From the NCBI RefSeq assembly GCF_000143415.4, contig NW_003314268.1, positions 263,117 through 327,116 on the forward strand: 64,000 bases of DNA, read 5' to 3'. Positions within the stretch are counted from its first letter, which is position 1; the number at the start of each line of letters is the position of its first letter. A program made the translations under genes and the position numbers. The notes under the pieces are model-generated. The model was not told the DNA's origin and did not search any database. It saw nothing but the letters and a program-made list of their open reading frames with translations. This DNA comes from Selaginella moellendorffii. Lineage: Eukaryota; Plantae; Lycopodiophyta. Positions 46,753-59,217 of this stretch are shown here, in pieces.

Positions 46753-48492
46753 ATGGTTTCCCGATCGCCCAGTTCATCGGCAGTAGAGAATTTGCTACAG
46801 CAGCAGCAGCTCCAATCCCTGGCAGCGCTTGTAAAATCCCACTCGAGCTCCAAAGATCTAAACATCGCCAGACAAATTCACGCTCGAGTTCTAGACAGTC
46901 CTCTCTGGCCTAATAGATTCCTCGCCAATCTCCTCATGGAGATGTACGGCAAGGCGGGCGGCATGGACGAGGCGCGCGAGATATTCGACGGCATCTCCCA
47001 CCCCAACACCCACAGCTGGAATATACTCATCGCGGCATATACCCACAACGGGCAATTTGATGTCGCCCAAGCTCTATTCCACGCCATGCCCGAGCGCGAC
47101 GTCGTGGCGTGGAACTCGATCCTGGCGATGGAGGCGGCGCGCGAGGATTTCCAGGCGATGAAGGCGATCTTCAATGCGATGCCGGCGCCGGATCTCGTCT
47201 CCTGGAATGGTATGATCGCGGCATTCTCCCAGGCAGGGCACCTCGCGGCGGCCAAGGAGATGTTTGATCGCATGCCGCAGCGCGATCTCGTGTCCTGGAA
47301 CACGATGATCCAGGCGTTCTTGCTGGCCGGGCAGATCCGCGAGGCAGAGATCATGTTTTGGGGCCTCCCGGACAAGAATGTGGTGTCCTGGAACACGATG
47401 ATCCAGGGTTTCGGCGAGAAGGGGCAGATCCACGGCGCCAGGGAGCTCTTCGATGCGATGCCGTGGCGAAATATCATCTCCTGGACGGCGATTCTATCGG
47501 CGCACTCGCAGAGGTCGGATCTTTCCCAGGCGAAGGAGCTCTTCGACGCCATGCCCGAGCGAAATCTCGTCGCCTGGAACGCGATGCTAGCGGCATTTGC
47601 CGAGAATCACGATCTGAAAGGCGCCAGCGCGGTGTTCGATTCGATGCCGTGCCGCGACGTCGTGTCCTGGACGGCGATGCTTGTGGCATTGGCAAGACAG
47701 GGCAGTGTGGAATCCGCGAGAGAGATCTTCGAGCAGATGCCACAGAGGAACACTGTTTCATGGAACGCGATGCTGGAAGCTTATGCCCAGAATGGGCATC
47801 TGGAGGATGCGAGGCTTGTCTTCGATCGAATGTCTCACAGGGACATCGTCTCGTGGAATGGAATGGTAGCGGCGTACACTCACAGGAAAATGGTGATCCA
47901 AGCCAAGGCCACCTTCGATTCGATGCCGCAGCGCAACAATCTCTCCTGGAACACCATCGCCGCGGCGTATGCCCTGGCTGGGAAATCCACCATAGCTCAG
48001 CGTCTCTTTGACACCATGCCAGGGAAGAACACCGTCTCGTGGAACTCACTCTCGGCAACTTATGCCCAGTCCGGGCATATCGATCGAGCAATGGAGATCT
48101 TCCACGGGATGCTGGCTGCTGGATTGGAACCGGACGAGGTCTCGTTCGTGATCATGCTCTCGGCTTGCAGCCACGCCGGGAAGCTCGATCAAGGGTGGAG
48201 CTACTTTGCTCTCATGACTGGGGAGTTTAAGCTGGTGCCTTGGGCAGAGCACTACTACTGCATGGTGGATGTTCTTCGGCGGGTCGGGCAGCTCAAGCTG
48301 GCTGAGAGTCTGGTCAGCAACATGCCCTTTGTTCCAGATAGCAAGGTTTGGGGATCTTTGGTAGCGGTGTGTGTGCCGCAAGAGCAAGAGATGGAGCGAG
48401 GGAATCAAGCAGCCAAGAAAGCGTTTGAGATTGAGCCAGGAAATGCTGCTCCTTATGTATTGCTGTGCAATCTCTGGGGTAAGATCACTTGA
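46753..48492 (+). CDS. PLS/E-class PPR protein with SS-type array
   Basis: About 12 tandem 31-aa repeats, then LSACSHAG, EHYYCMVDVLRRVG, MPFVPDSKVWGSL and EPGNAAPYVLL; no DYW. Confidence 0.93.
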   Translation: MVSRSPSSSAVENLLQQQQLQSLAALVKSHSSSKDLNIARQIHARVLDSPLWPNRFLANLLMEMYGKAGGMDEAREIFDGISHPNTHSWNILIAAYTHNGQFDVAQALFHAMPERDVVAWNSILAMEAAREDFQAMKAIFNAMPAPDLVSWNGMIAAFSQAGHLAAAKEMFDRMPQRDLVSWNTMIQAFLLAGQIREAEIMFWGLPDKNVVSWNTMIQGFGEKGQIHGARELFDAMPWRNIISWTAILSAHSQRSDLSQAKELFDAMPERNLVAWNAMLAAFAENHDLKGASAVFDSMPCRDVVSWTAMLVALARQGSVESAREIFEQMPQRNTVSWNAMLEAYAQNGHLEDARLVFDRMSHRDIVSWNGMVAAYTHRKMVIQAKATFDSMPQRNNLSWNTIAAAYALAGKSTIAQRLFDTMPGKNTVSWNSLSATYAQSGHIDRAMEIFHGMLAAGLEPDEVSFVIMLSACSHAGKLDQGWSYFALMTGEFKLVPWAEHYYCMVDVLRRVGQLKLAESLVSNMPFVPDSKVWGSLVAVCVPQEQEMERGNQAAKKAFEIEPGNAAPYVLLCNLWGKIT

Positions 48493-48499
48493 AAACTTT

Positions 48500-50493
48500 T
48501 GAATTTTTTCAACTTTCATATTCTCAAAATTTTGAAACTTGCAATGTCCTCCACTTTTTCAGTAATTGAGATCATTTCAAATTCCAAGGCTTTACCAGAG
48601 AAAGAAGATGTCTTGCCATACTTTTGTCCAAGTTGCTGGTGCGTGTTTAGCACAAGAGAGTTACAAACTGCAAGAGAAAAGAGTAGTAGAAAATGCCTTT
48701 GACAGGAACTCCGCAGACTCGGGTCCATTTGGTAGATCTCAAGACACCTGTGAGATCTCGTTTTCTTTATGTGCGGGGGAGTTGCCTTGAGCGATTGGAG
48801 AATAAGTGTGATCACAGGCTTGGTTGACGCTGTTTTGCTCTGGCTTTTGATAGATTAAGCTGTAGTTACTTGATTCGATGCCAGCAGCTGGAAACAACCC
48901 AAGGATTTACATTGGTTCCCAAAGTAGCTCGTGTGAATTCCACACCTTTGTATCTGGAGAAAATTTTACGAAAGGTAGAATTTCCCCATTCTGCCAAAAA
49001 TCTAGTTGGGAAGTTTACAGCGTCATTCAAGTGAAGCAGATGAAAGTTTGAGGCTCTAGAAAATCCTTGAGTACACTCAGACTCTTCTTTTCTCTCAGCT
49101 ACATCAATGAAAAAAAGAAAGTGAACATCCAGATCGCAGCAAGTGAGAATGTATAGCATGCCCTGTCCTGTCCTAGAGCCTGAGCACCTCCCAGGCATTG
49201 CTGCTATGGTGGGAATGTTTGTGTCATGTTAACATCATAGCTGTTAAGCCTTAACTTTACTGGCACTCCCTCTTTTAGGCATTTGCAGTCATGAAATGCC
49301 ACAAGGATTTCTTGAGGCCTTCTCACTGCTTTAACCCATGGCGATGGTCCAGAATGTCATTCCCTAGGCTTAGGGGAATGAATGGACACTCAATGAATGC
49401 AATGAGATGGGTCTTGCTTCTTGGTGCTCTAACATCACAGCATATAACCAGAAAGGGGATTTGGCAAGGGTGTCTTGGCTGTTGTGCAAAATGCCTATGT
49501 ACAGCAAAAGCCTTTTGGCATTTGCTTCAAAAAAGGAAAAACTAATGTAAATTCCTGGAAACACGTTCAGAGTGTCGATGGTGGTGGATGAGAACATGTG
49601 GATGATTTTGAAACCTCAAATTTGGAAGTACAAATTTGTTTCCTAGGAATTTGTTCTTCCCACAGCAATTCCCCCTCTTGGGTATTTGCTCCAACCTGAA
49701 GTTACAAGGGATAATGATATATGCAAAGGGGCATTGATTGTAATGCATGAAAAGTTTCTAAAACTCTTATATATATGCATTACACATTACATGAAGCATG
49801 TGTTGCTTCTCAAAATGAGGGAATTCTATCCTAAAACAAATGTCCATCAAGTAAAATTGCAATTTCATCACATAATGAAGTTGTCTTAATTTGAAGCCAT
49901 CATTGAAATTAAAGATAAGAAAGGCTTGAGGGATAGTTGTATGATTGATCCTAACTGGGTATGGCCTTTCACACTATGCTAAGCTATAGCTATTGCATAA
50001 GCACTTCTTTACAAGGCTAAAACGGAATGCTTCTGTAAACTCATAGTAAAAGGTATTCAACAATATTTTGATAAATTCAACATGAAAATTGTTAGGAATA
50101 AAAAGGTGTACTATGCTCAAAACTTGATTATGCACCTTCAAGACTAGAAATTTCCTGAGCCAAGGTTTAAAACCATGATGAAAATTGAAGAATTGCATGT
50201 TATGAGCATGCTTCAAGTAGTAGAAGCCATGGGGCAATTGGAACAAATGGGAAATGTTGAAGTTTGTAAGGCTCTCATGAAAACCTTGCACACACAAGGA
50301 GTTTTGAAATATAAGGGATTGTATTGTCTACAAGCAATCTGTAATTTGTTAAAGATTTCATGGTCCTTTAAGGAAATCCTTATTATCAAAGTGGCTCCTT
50401 CTTCACCTCCTCCAGCATCTGCTCTTGGTGCTCCACCAGCCTTGCCACAATTGGGAGTTGCAACTCAGCCAACGGGAGCAAACTGGGAAAGCT
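48500..50493 (-). pseudogene. Decayed long paralogue of the 54406-55209 gene
   Basis: 50425-50493 aligns to 54450-54520, and 48476-48530 aligns to 54392-54445; the sequence between is interrupted by stops. Confidence 0.55.
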
Positions 50494-52236
50494 CTTGGCA
50501 ATCCCCAACTTTACTACTCACATACAAAAGTGAGGAAACACAGATGCCAAGAGCTATTTCAAAGCCAAGGACGCTTTGGAGCAAGCACAAAAGGTGGTGG
50601 AGGCTGGCACTCCAAGCTTTCCTAGTTTGCTCCCACTGGCTAAGTCGCAGCTCCCAATTGTGGTGAGGCTGGTGGAGCATCAGGAGCAGATGCTGGAGGA
50701 GGTGAAGGAGGAGCCACTTCAATAAGAAGGATTTCCTTAGAGGACCATGAAGTCCTTGATAGATTACAAATTGCTTGTAGATAATACAATCCCTTCTATT
50801 TTAGAACTCTTTGTGCGTGCAAGGTTTTCATGAGAGCCTTGTGGATTTTAACATTTCCCATTTGCTCCAATTGCCCCATGGCTTCTGCCACTTGAAGCAT
50901 GCTCACATCATGCAATTCTTCAATTGTTATTATGGTTTTAAACCTTGGCTTAGAAAACCTGTAGTCCTAAGGGAGTACAATTAGGTTTTGAGTGTAGCAC
51001 ACCTTTTTATTCCTGATAGTTCTCATGTTGAATTTGTCAAAATATTGTTGAATATCTTCTACTGTGAGTTCAAAGAAGCATTCCATTTTAGCCTTGTAAA
51101 CAAGTGCTCATATAGCAACCACAACTTGGCATGGTGTAAAAGGCTATACCCAATTAAAGTCAATTATACAGCTATCCCTTAAGCCTTTCTTGTCTTTAAT
51201 TTTGGTGATGGCTTCAAATTGGGACAGCTTTATTATGTGATGAAATTGCAATTCTACTTGATGGACATTTGTTTTAGGATAGAATTCCCTCATTTTGAGA
51301 AGCAACACATGCTTCATGTAATGTGTAATGCATATGTCCAAGAGTTTTAGAAACTTTTCATGCATTACAATCAATGCCCCTTTGCATATATCACTGTCCT
51401 TTGTAGCTTCAGCTTGGAGAAAATACCCAGGAGGGGGAACTGCTGTGGGAGGAACAAACTCCTGGGAAACAAACTTGCACTTCCAATTTTGAAGCTTCAG
51501 AATCATCTGCGTGTTCTCATCCACCACCATTGATACTCTGAACGTGTTTCCAGGAATTTGCATTTGTTCTTCCCTTTCTGAAGCAAATGCCAAAAGGCTT
51601 TTGCTGTACATAGGCATTTTGCACAACAACCAAGACGCGCTTGCTAAATCCCCTTTCTAGTCATATGCTACGATGCCGGAATGCCAACAAGCAAGACCCA
51701 TCTTATTGCATTCATTGAGTGTCTATTCATCCCCCCTAAGCCTAAGGAATGACATTCTAGACCATTGCCGTGAGTTAAAGCAGTGAGAAGGCCTCAAGAA
51801 ATCCTTGTGGCATTTCATGACTGCAAATGCTTGAAAGAGGGAGTGCCAGCAAAGCTAGGGCTTAGCAGCTATAGCATTAGCGTGACATGAGCATTCCCGC
51901 CATAGCAACAATGCCTGGAGGCACCCAGGCTCTGGGATGGGACAGGACATGTTGGCAGTGGAAGCGGAAGTGGAAAGGCATACACACGAGGAGGAAGAAC
52001 TGTATATATATATATCTGTATATGATTGTGTACATATACATAAAGTTATTGCCACGTGGGCATAACTACTGCCACATCATCTCTACCTCTAACAAGGACA
52101 TGCTATACATTCTTGCCTTCTGCAATCTGGATGATCACTTTCTTTTTTTCATTGATGTAGCTAAGAAAAAATAGGAGTCTGAACATACTCAACGATTCTC
52201 TAGAGCCTCAAACTTTTGTCTACTTCACTTGAATGA
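49023..52236. repeat. Large inverted repeat: arms ~49023-50493 and ~50615-52236, spacer ~120 nt
   Basis: Arms are colinear reverse complements (e.g. TCATTCAAGTGAAG / CTTCACTTGAATGA); the ORF track shows matching peptides on opposite strands (DICKGALIVMHEKFLKL). Confidence 0.93.
51950..52094. mobile_element. 145-bp solo-LTR-like insertion in the right arm of the inverted repeat
   Basis: TGTTG..TAACA termini flanked by AGGACA direct repeats; absent from the left arm (~49160). Confidence 0.7.
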
Positions 52237-53124
52237 TCACTAGGTTACAGCAAAGGCACTTATATAGATGTGGAGCCTTATGCACTATGGTATTAATTTT
52301 TTTGTAGTAAATAATTTTAAATTGTTGTACTAGCATATTGCAAGGTTGTGTAAACACAAAGGTGAGACCCAGCTTGCCTCATGAATTCTCAAATACTAGC
52401 TTATATACTATTTATATTGTCTACCTTTATAACTCTATTATATGGATTCTATGCTCATGCCTTGATACATGGGGCAACTCATTATAGTCGTGTGTTATAG
52501 TATGCATGTGATTTTAAACACATACACACAGGATAAATGTAAATTTTGCCAGTGTAAACGATGTAGGAGTTGACAATGCTCTTGAACATAATGCAGTAGA
52601 AAACAATATATAATATACCAGTAGAAAATAATATGGTATATTGTTGGGGTACTCAAGGCATGAGTTTTATTCAGAAGATGTTGACAAAAAATTAGGTTTG
52701 CTTTGAATATTTTCTTACATATGTTCATCACTCTCTACCATTGAGCATGTTTGGTGTGTTATATATATTTTATGCATCATTAGGATATTTGTGATTCCTT
52801 CACTACATGTAAATGCAGTATACTTTTTTCTTTTTTTGGCTGTCTTTAGAGATGGCGAGTGACTAAATTTTTGTTTTCTAGAAACTTGCAAAAGTTTGTG
52901 ACATGCCACAAAAAATTTAAACTCCTTTAATTTTGGAACTAAAGAACTATGCAAATTGTGAATGTGCAATTAACTTTGTTTGTCAAGAATGCATTTGTAT
53001 CTTTATGTAATTAAGCTACTTTATCAAAATATCTTAGTTCTTTAGAAGGAAAAATTGTATATTAAAAAATAGAAAATTTCACTTGGTTGTGAACACTCCC
53101 ACCTCAAAAAAATCATCTCTCCCA

Positions 53125-54410
53125 ACCGCACGAAAATATTCAACTACATCTTCCACCCCAACACCCACAGCTGGAATATACTCGCAACAGGCAATTTGAT
53201 GCCGCCCAAGCTTTATTCCGCCCGAGCGCAATGTTATGGCATGGAATGGCGATGGAGGCAGGATTTCCAGGCGATGAAGGCGATCTGTAATGCGATGCCG
53301 GCACTAGATCTCATCTCCTGGAATGGTATGATCGCAGTATTCTCCCAGGCTAGGCAAGCCAAGGAGATGTTTGATCACAAGCCGCAGCGCAATCTTGTGT
53401 CAAAGAACACGATGATCCAGGCGTTCTTGCATCCTGGAACACGATGATCCAGGGTTTTGGCAAGAAGGAGCAGATCCACAGCACCAGGGAGCTTTTTGAT
53501 GCGATGGCATGAAATATCATCTCCGCAATTCTATCAGCGCACTCGCAGAGGTCGGATCTTTCCCAGGTGAAGGAGAGATTACACAGCAATACATAAGGAG
53601 CAGCATTTCCTGGCTCAATCTCAAACGCTTTCTTAGCCCTCGCTCCATCTCTTTCTCTTGCGGCACACACACCGCTACCAAAGATCCCCAAACCTTGGTA
53701 TCTGGAACAAAAGGCATGTTGCTGGCCAGACTCTCAGCCAGCTTGAGCTGCCCGACCCGCCGAAGAACATCCACCATGCAGTAGTAGTGCTCTGCCCAAG
53801 GCACCAGCTTAAACTCCCTAGTCATGAGAGCAAAGTAGCTCCACCCTCGATCGAGCTTCCTTGCGTGGCATCACAAACTAGACCTCGTCCGGTTCCAATC
53901 CAGCAGCCAGCATGCCGTGGAAGATCTCCATTGCTCGATCGATATGCCCGGACTGGGCATACATTGCCGAAGTACGGTGTTCTTCACTGGCATGGTGTCA
54001 AAGAGACGCTGAACTATGGTGCATTTTTCCGCCAGGGCATACGCCGCAGCTGTTCCAGGAGAGATTGTTTCGCTGCGGCATCGAATCGAAGGTAACCTTG
54101 GCTCGGATCACCATTTTCCTGTGAGTGTACGCCTCTACCATTCCATTCCACGAGATGATGTCCCTGTGAGGCATTCGATCGAAGACAAGCCTCGCATCCT
54201 CCAGATGCCCATTCTGAGCATAAGCTTCCAGTATCGCGTTCCTGTTTCTCTGTGGCATCTGCTCGAAGATCTCCACACTGCCGTGTCTTGCCAATGCAAC
54301 AATAATCGCCGTCCAAGATACGACGTCGCCGCACGGCATTAAATCGAACACCCTTCTAGATCGTGATTCTCGGCAAAATGCCGCTACCTCGGTGGGTAAG
54401 ATCGCTTAAA
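53125..54410. pseudogene. PPR pseudogene: duplicate of 46753-48492 with an internal inversion
   Basis: 53125-53575 (+) matches ~46975-47538; ~53576-54390 (-) matches ~47590-48475; GGGTAAGATC resumes on + at ~54394; multiple small deletions. Confidence 0.88.
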
Positions 54411-55209
54411 ATTTTTGGAATTTTTCATTTTCTATTCTGAACTTCCGCGCCTGGTGCTCCACCAGCCTCGCCACAACCGGGAGCTGCGACTCAGCCAGCG
54501 GGAGCAAACCGGGAAAGCTTGGAGCGCCAGCCTCCACCACCTTTCGTGCTCGCTCCAGAGCGTCCTTGGCTCTGAAATAGCTCTCGGCGTCCAGCTTGTC
54601 AATGGGAACAAAATCATACTCTCGTTTGCTCCCCCACACGCACTTTGCCAGTCTCTTGAAGCGGAAATCCCAAACCGCGCACTCCCACTGCATATTGATA
54701 TCCATAGCCACCGTGCGCACACCGTCCCTCCACTCTGTGAAGCTTGTCGAGCTCGTCGCGCTCGCGGCAAAGACTTCCCTCTCGGCAGCACACGCCAGCC
54801 TCTGCGCAAACTCGATCGCCGGCCACAGCTCCTTCGTCGGCAGATCGTCCCACTCGTCCAGCAGCGGGGAGAGTCGCGCCACCCATTCCTTGCCCGGCGC
54901 CGGGCCTGGGTAGTCGAAGTATGGATCCTCCTCTGCAATGAAGAAGTTCTCCATGAAGAGAGCCGGGTATTTCAGACCGCGGGCGCTGCCAGTCGCGACA
55001 CGGGCGAATCGCTGGTAGAAGGAGAAGTCGAGGATCATGTCCATGTGGTATTCCACGCGGAAAGAGAGACGCTCCATGAGCAGGTTGACGAGGGATTTGT
55101 AGCAGTTGTAGTCGTCATCGCTTGGCTGTGCGACGCTGTAATATCTCCTCACCCGGACAGGACGACTCCTCCTCGCCAATGCCGCCAACGCCGCCAATCC
55201 AGCCGCCAT
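54406..55209 (-). CDS. Orphan 267-aa protein with mitochondrial-presequence-like N-terminus
   Basis: Intact GC-rich ORF; MAAGLAALAALARRSRPVRVRRYYS is Arg/Ala-rich, free of acidic residues and has an R-x-Y-S cleavage-like motif; no domain recognised. Confidence 0.6.
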   Translation of the reverse strand: MAAGLAALAALARRSRPVRVRRYYSVAQPSDDDYNCYKSLVNLLMERLSFRVEYHMDMILDFSFYQRFARVATGSARGLKYPALFMENFFIAEEDPYFDYPGPAPGKEWVARLSPLLDEWDDLPTKELWPAIEFAQRLACAAEREVFAASATSSTSFTEWRDGVRTVAMDINMQWECAVWDFRFKRLAKCVWGSKREYDFVPIDKLDAESYFRAKDALERARKVVEAGAPSFPGLLPLAESQLPVVARLVEHQARKFRIENEKFQKF

Positions 55210-55932
55210 CCTTTAAGGAAGAATAGGAATTTAGGGATTTGAATATTCGCCAAAAAACCAGTTCTCGAAATTCACCATCGCCACAAGCTAACAAACGAAC
55301 CAGTCACGACTGAAAATGCAAAAGCTTCACACCCCAAAGCAAATGGCTGGTTTGGGGTGCAGCATTTCTAAACAGACCTGAGAAGTCGGCATTGTTGTTC
55401 CCACTCAAAGTTGACTTGGAGGGATCATAGCCACTGATAGCTTGACCTCTCCCAGAAATGAATTCGCCACAACCAGCTCTTGCTGCTCCGGCACGCACAC
55501 AAAAACACATGAGAACTTCTGATGAAGCAAGTTTATGCGAAATTACGCCAACCTGGATGATATATGATCCGCAGCAGATAATCTTGTAGGAGATAACCTT
55601 CAACCCCTGCTTTCAGTGTTTCCGGATTGCCCACAACGATTTGCACCGAGCGTGCCAGCATCCCATAGTCAAAGCTAGTCCCAAATCATCTTTTCACATA
55701 ATTTTAGCAAGGAAAGGAAAAACAAAATGCCTCAAACATTTTCCCATTGAAGGCAAATGGCACCTGGGGATCGGTTCTCTCATGGCGAAATTTAATTAAT
55801 TCAACGTGGCGAGGTTTTCTCATGTCAAAATTTAAGTAAAAATTATCGACCAAGATTTGTTTCTAAAGACGGACGGCTGCGATGATATTTAATTGTTTTT
55901 GCTTTTAGGGCTAACTAGTTTAGGGCAGGGCG

Positions 55933-57231
55933 ATGGCGATCATCTCTGAGGTAGAGGAGGAGGCCGAGGTCCCCAAGCCCGTCGCCGCGGCTCCCCCGTC
56001 GGACTCCGGCAATGCTGCTCATGACAAGATTTTGGAGGCGCTGCTCAAGGAGCACAATGATCAGCCGCTGGAGCTGCTCAAAACGGTAATCGGCTTTCTC
56101 ACGCGCCGCTCGGCCGCCTTCCCCGACGAATACTTCGAGAGGCAGCTGTCGGAGATCGTGTCTAGCGCCAAGAGGCGGCGCGTCGATGGCAAGAAGAAGA
56201 ATGCGGTGCCGGTGCCCGAGGCGGCGCCGTCGCGGGATTTCGAGAGCGAGCACAAGCATAAGGCCACCGGCGGTGGATCAAGTGGCAAGCAATCGGCGTC
56301 GGCGGCTGTCCAGGAAACCAAGAACGAAGTCAAGGAAGTGGAGAGTTCTAACTCTACCGGATTGAGTAAGTTTATTTTGTTCTTTGCTTTTTAGTTCTTT
56401 GCTTGATCCTTTCGGTTCTTGGGTTTTTCTTCCTGCTTACAATCTTTGTGTTCTTGCAGAGATCAATGCTGGAAATGGTGCCGATCTCGAAAAGTACTCG
56501 TGGACGCAAACATTAAGTGAGCTGACGGTGCAAATCCCCGTTGCAAAAGAGATCAAGGCGCGAGATATCGTCTGTGACATCAAGAAGAATCATCTAAAAG
56601 CTGGGCTCAAGGGTCAGCCGCCAATTCTCGAGGTGAGTGAAGGGATTCTCTTTCCTATTCTCTCACACTGTTGCTTTTTCTGTTATCAGGGCGATCTCTA
56701 TGCATCCGTCAAGGTGGACGACTGCTTCTGGAGCATTGGTATGTGTTGCTGGTTGTTTATCAAGAGTTGGATGATTTTCTTGCTCTCAATCTAGATGCTG
56801 GCGATGGAAAGAAGGAAGCGGAGAAGTTCCTTTCTATCCTCCTCACCAAGACGAACAGGATGGAGTGGTGGAAAAACGTTGTGAAAGGCGAGCCAGAGAT
56901 TGACACTCAAAAGGTTGAGCCGGAGAACAGCAAGCTGGGGGATTTGGACGCAGAGACTCGGCAGACCGTGGAGAAGATGATGGTATTTCATTTCATTTCT
57001 GTCTTTGTTCGCTGCTTAGTTTACTTCGTCTCCCTCGTTTTGCAGTACGACCAGCGGCAGAAGGCGATGGGATTGCCAAGCTCCGAAGAACAGCAAAAGC
57101 AAGAGATGCTCAAGAAGTTCATGGCACAGGTGAAAGCTTTTCTCTTTTGCGTTTTGGGATTTCTTTTCTCATTTTGATTTTGGCTGTGGCAGCACCCGGA
57201 AATGGATTTCTCCAAGGCAAAAATCTGCTAG
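55933..57231 (+). CDS. NudC-family co-chaperone (BOBBER-like)
   Basis: MAIISE.., [55 protein letters not shown]|[18 protein letters not shown]. Confidence 0.94.
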
Positions 57232-57537
57232 AGTAGAGACCGTATGAATGTCTTTAGCATGCCAATTTCATAGTTTTAAGCGAATATTCTAAGCCTTAAA
57301 ACATTCACTTTTCAAATTTGGGCGAATATTCTAGTCCTAAATTCGATAAAATTGCAAATTCACTAGGAGCAAGTGAAACTTTCCTTTTGCCTTGTGGCAT
57401 TTGTTTGTCCTCTTTCCTTGCTATATTCTGTGGCCTATGCTGATCCCAAGACTTTGAAGATGCTGCCTGGCGAAATGCCTCAAGTACTTGCCCATTGGAG
57501 GCGAGAGGAGTTCTTTATCTTTCTATTTGGAGAAGAA

Positions 57538-57620
57538 GTGAACCCTAGGCTAATTTCCCAAACAGGCCATAGAATATTCTTGGAATATTTTGTGGCTTAT
57601 GTTATTCTCCCCTCCCTCAT
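57538..57620 (-). repeat. Small LTR/PPT remnant related to the 16849-20118 element
   Basis: GTGAACCCT..ACAGGCCATAGAATATTCTTGGAATATT matches 16848-16915, followed by ATTCTCCCCTCCCT resembling the PPT at 17174. Confidence 0.55.
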
Positions 57621-59217
57621 GAATTAGCCATGATGGCAAACTCAGAAAAAGCTTTAGTTATGGAGAGTGTGGACCACTTTTGAATTCACAAGTTGAAGAA
57701 TTGAGATTACAAGTTGAGCTCAATTTTCAATTATAATTTAATACAAACATTATAAACTTTAAAATATTAAGGTTATAATTTCACAAATCTCTACACATTT
57801 AATTTAAATATTAATTATATGCCATAATAGAGATGTTTGTTAGAACATAAAATAAGATGTTCACAGAAAAAGTATTTTTGTCACTTTTTTAAATTTGTAC
57901 TCTGTACAGTAAATATCAGTTTGTCAAAATTTAAAAATTATTAAATTTGAAATAAGATTCTATATAAGGCGATAACCATTAATGTATGAATCTTCATTTG
58001 CACTCTTATTCAAAGGAGAAATACACAAGAACGTTTATGGGTTTTAATGTTAATAATATTTACTCTTGCAATCTTTCTTCCCAAAGTAATAATTCAAGGG
58101 CTAGAAGCTATAATAGTCATTTCATTATATCACAATTAAATCATACAAGAGAAAAAAAAGAAAGGATAATAAAGATAGTGATCACAAGTTGGAGATAAAT
58201 GCAATGACAAAGGATGCAATAAATTGGGTGAAAAAGAATCCCTCTTATTTGTTTTAGAAAATTGCAATTCCGTGATTTTCAAGAAATGCCCTAAATATTT
58301 TCTAGCTTCTGGTGCAAATAATGGTGATGATCAATATGATGGTATATATACTCTTGCAATACATTACAACATCACATACCCAAAAGATTACTATGAAATA
58401 TTTTTTGAGATGGTAAAGACAGAAATAAAAACACACGAGTACTACAGAGTATTGCAAAAAGAACACTCATAAATATATGAAATGAAAATATATTTTTTTT
58501 AATTATCTAAAGTATAATAAGTATATACTATTGATAGAGAATAAATATCAATAGTTTTTGAAAATCTAGTTAGCTCTAAAAGTCTTTTGCAACTCAGCAA
58601 TAGTAAAGCTTGCGTGGTATATATGAATATCCACTTTAATGCCCTGGTGTAAGATGTTGATGAAGATATAGTACATATGTGTACAAGAAGCAAATGCCTT
58701 CCCATGTCCCTCATGTTTCATAAAGTCTAGATATATGCAAAAAGATTTTGAATGACAATTTTATACTCATCACCTTCTATTTTGACTATACTCCTTTACA
58801 AGTATATATACTCTATACTTCATAGAGAGAATCTCACACTCAAACTTATTTTACCCTGCTTCTGCTCAGTATTGATAAATTTAATTGCCTTACCTTTTCT
58901 TGCTGGCCTCATGTGCATCTATGTAGGAACAATTTTGATTTTATCATTCATGTCTCCAACTCTCCTCTTAAGATTGAAACTAGATTTCTCAAGGTTTTCA
59001 ATCTCATCTGAGGTGAGCACAACCCTATTAGCAACTGGACATTCTTTAAATACTGCATCAAGTTTAGTCACTATAGTGTCTTTAAACAATTATGTATGGT
59101 TGGTATTAGTGTTGCAACAATATAGCCAACACCATTTTAAAAATTTACTTGCTTTCATTCCCTATGGAAACATAGGGTTAGAATAGAAGCAGATTTGTCA
59201 CCATAGATCTAGGTTTA

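Noticed and set aside
55304-55700. Coding-like fragment between the orphan gene and NudC
   Set aside because: No complete frame or identifiable domain.
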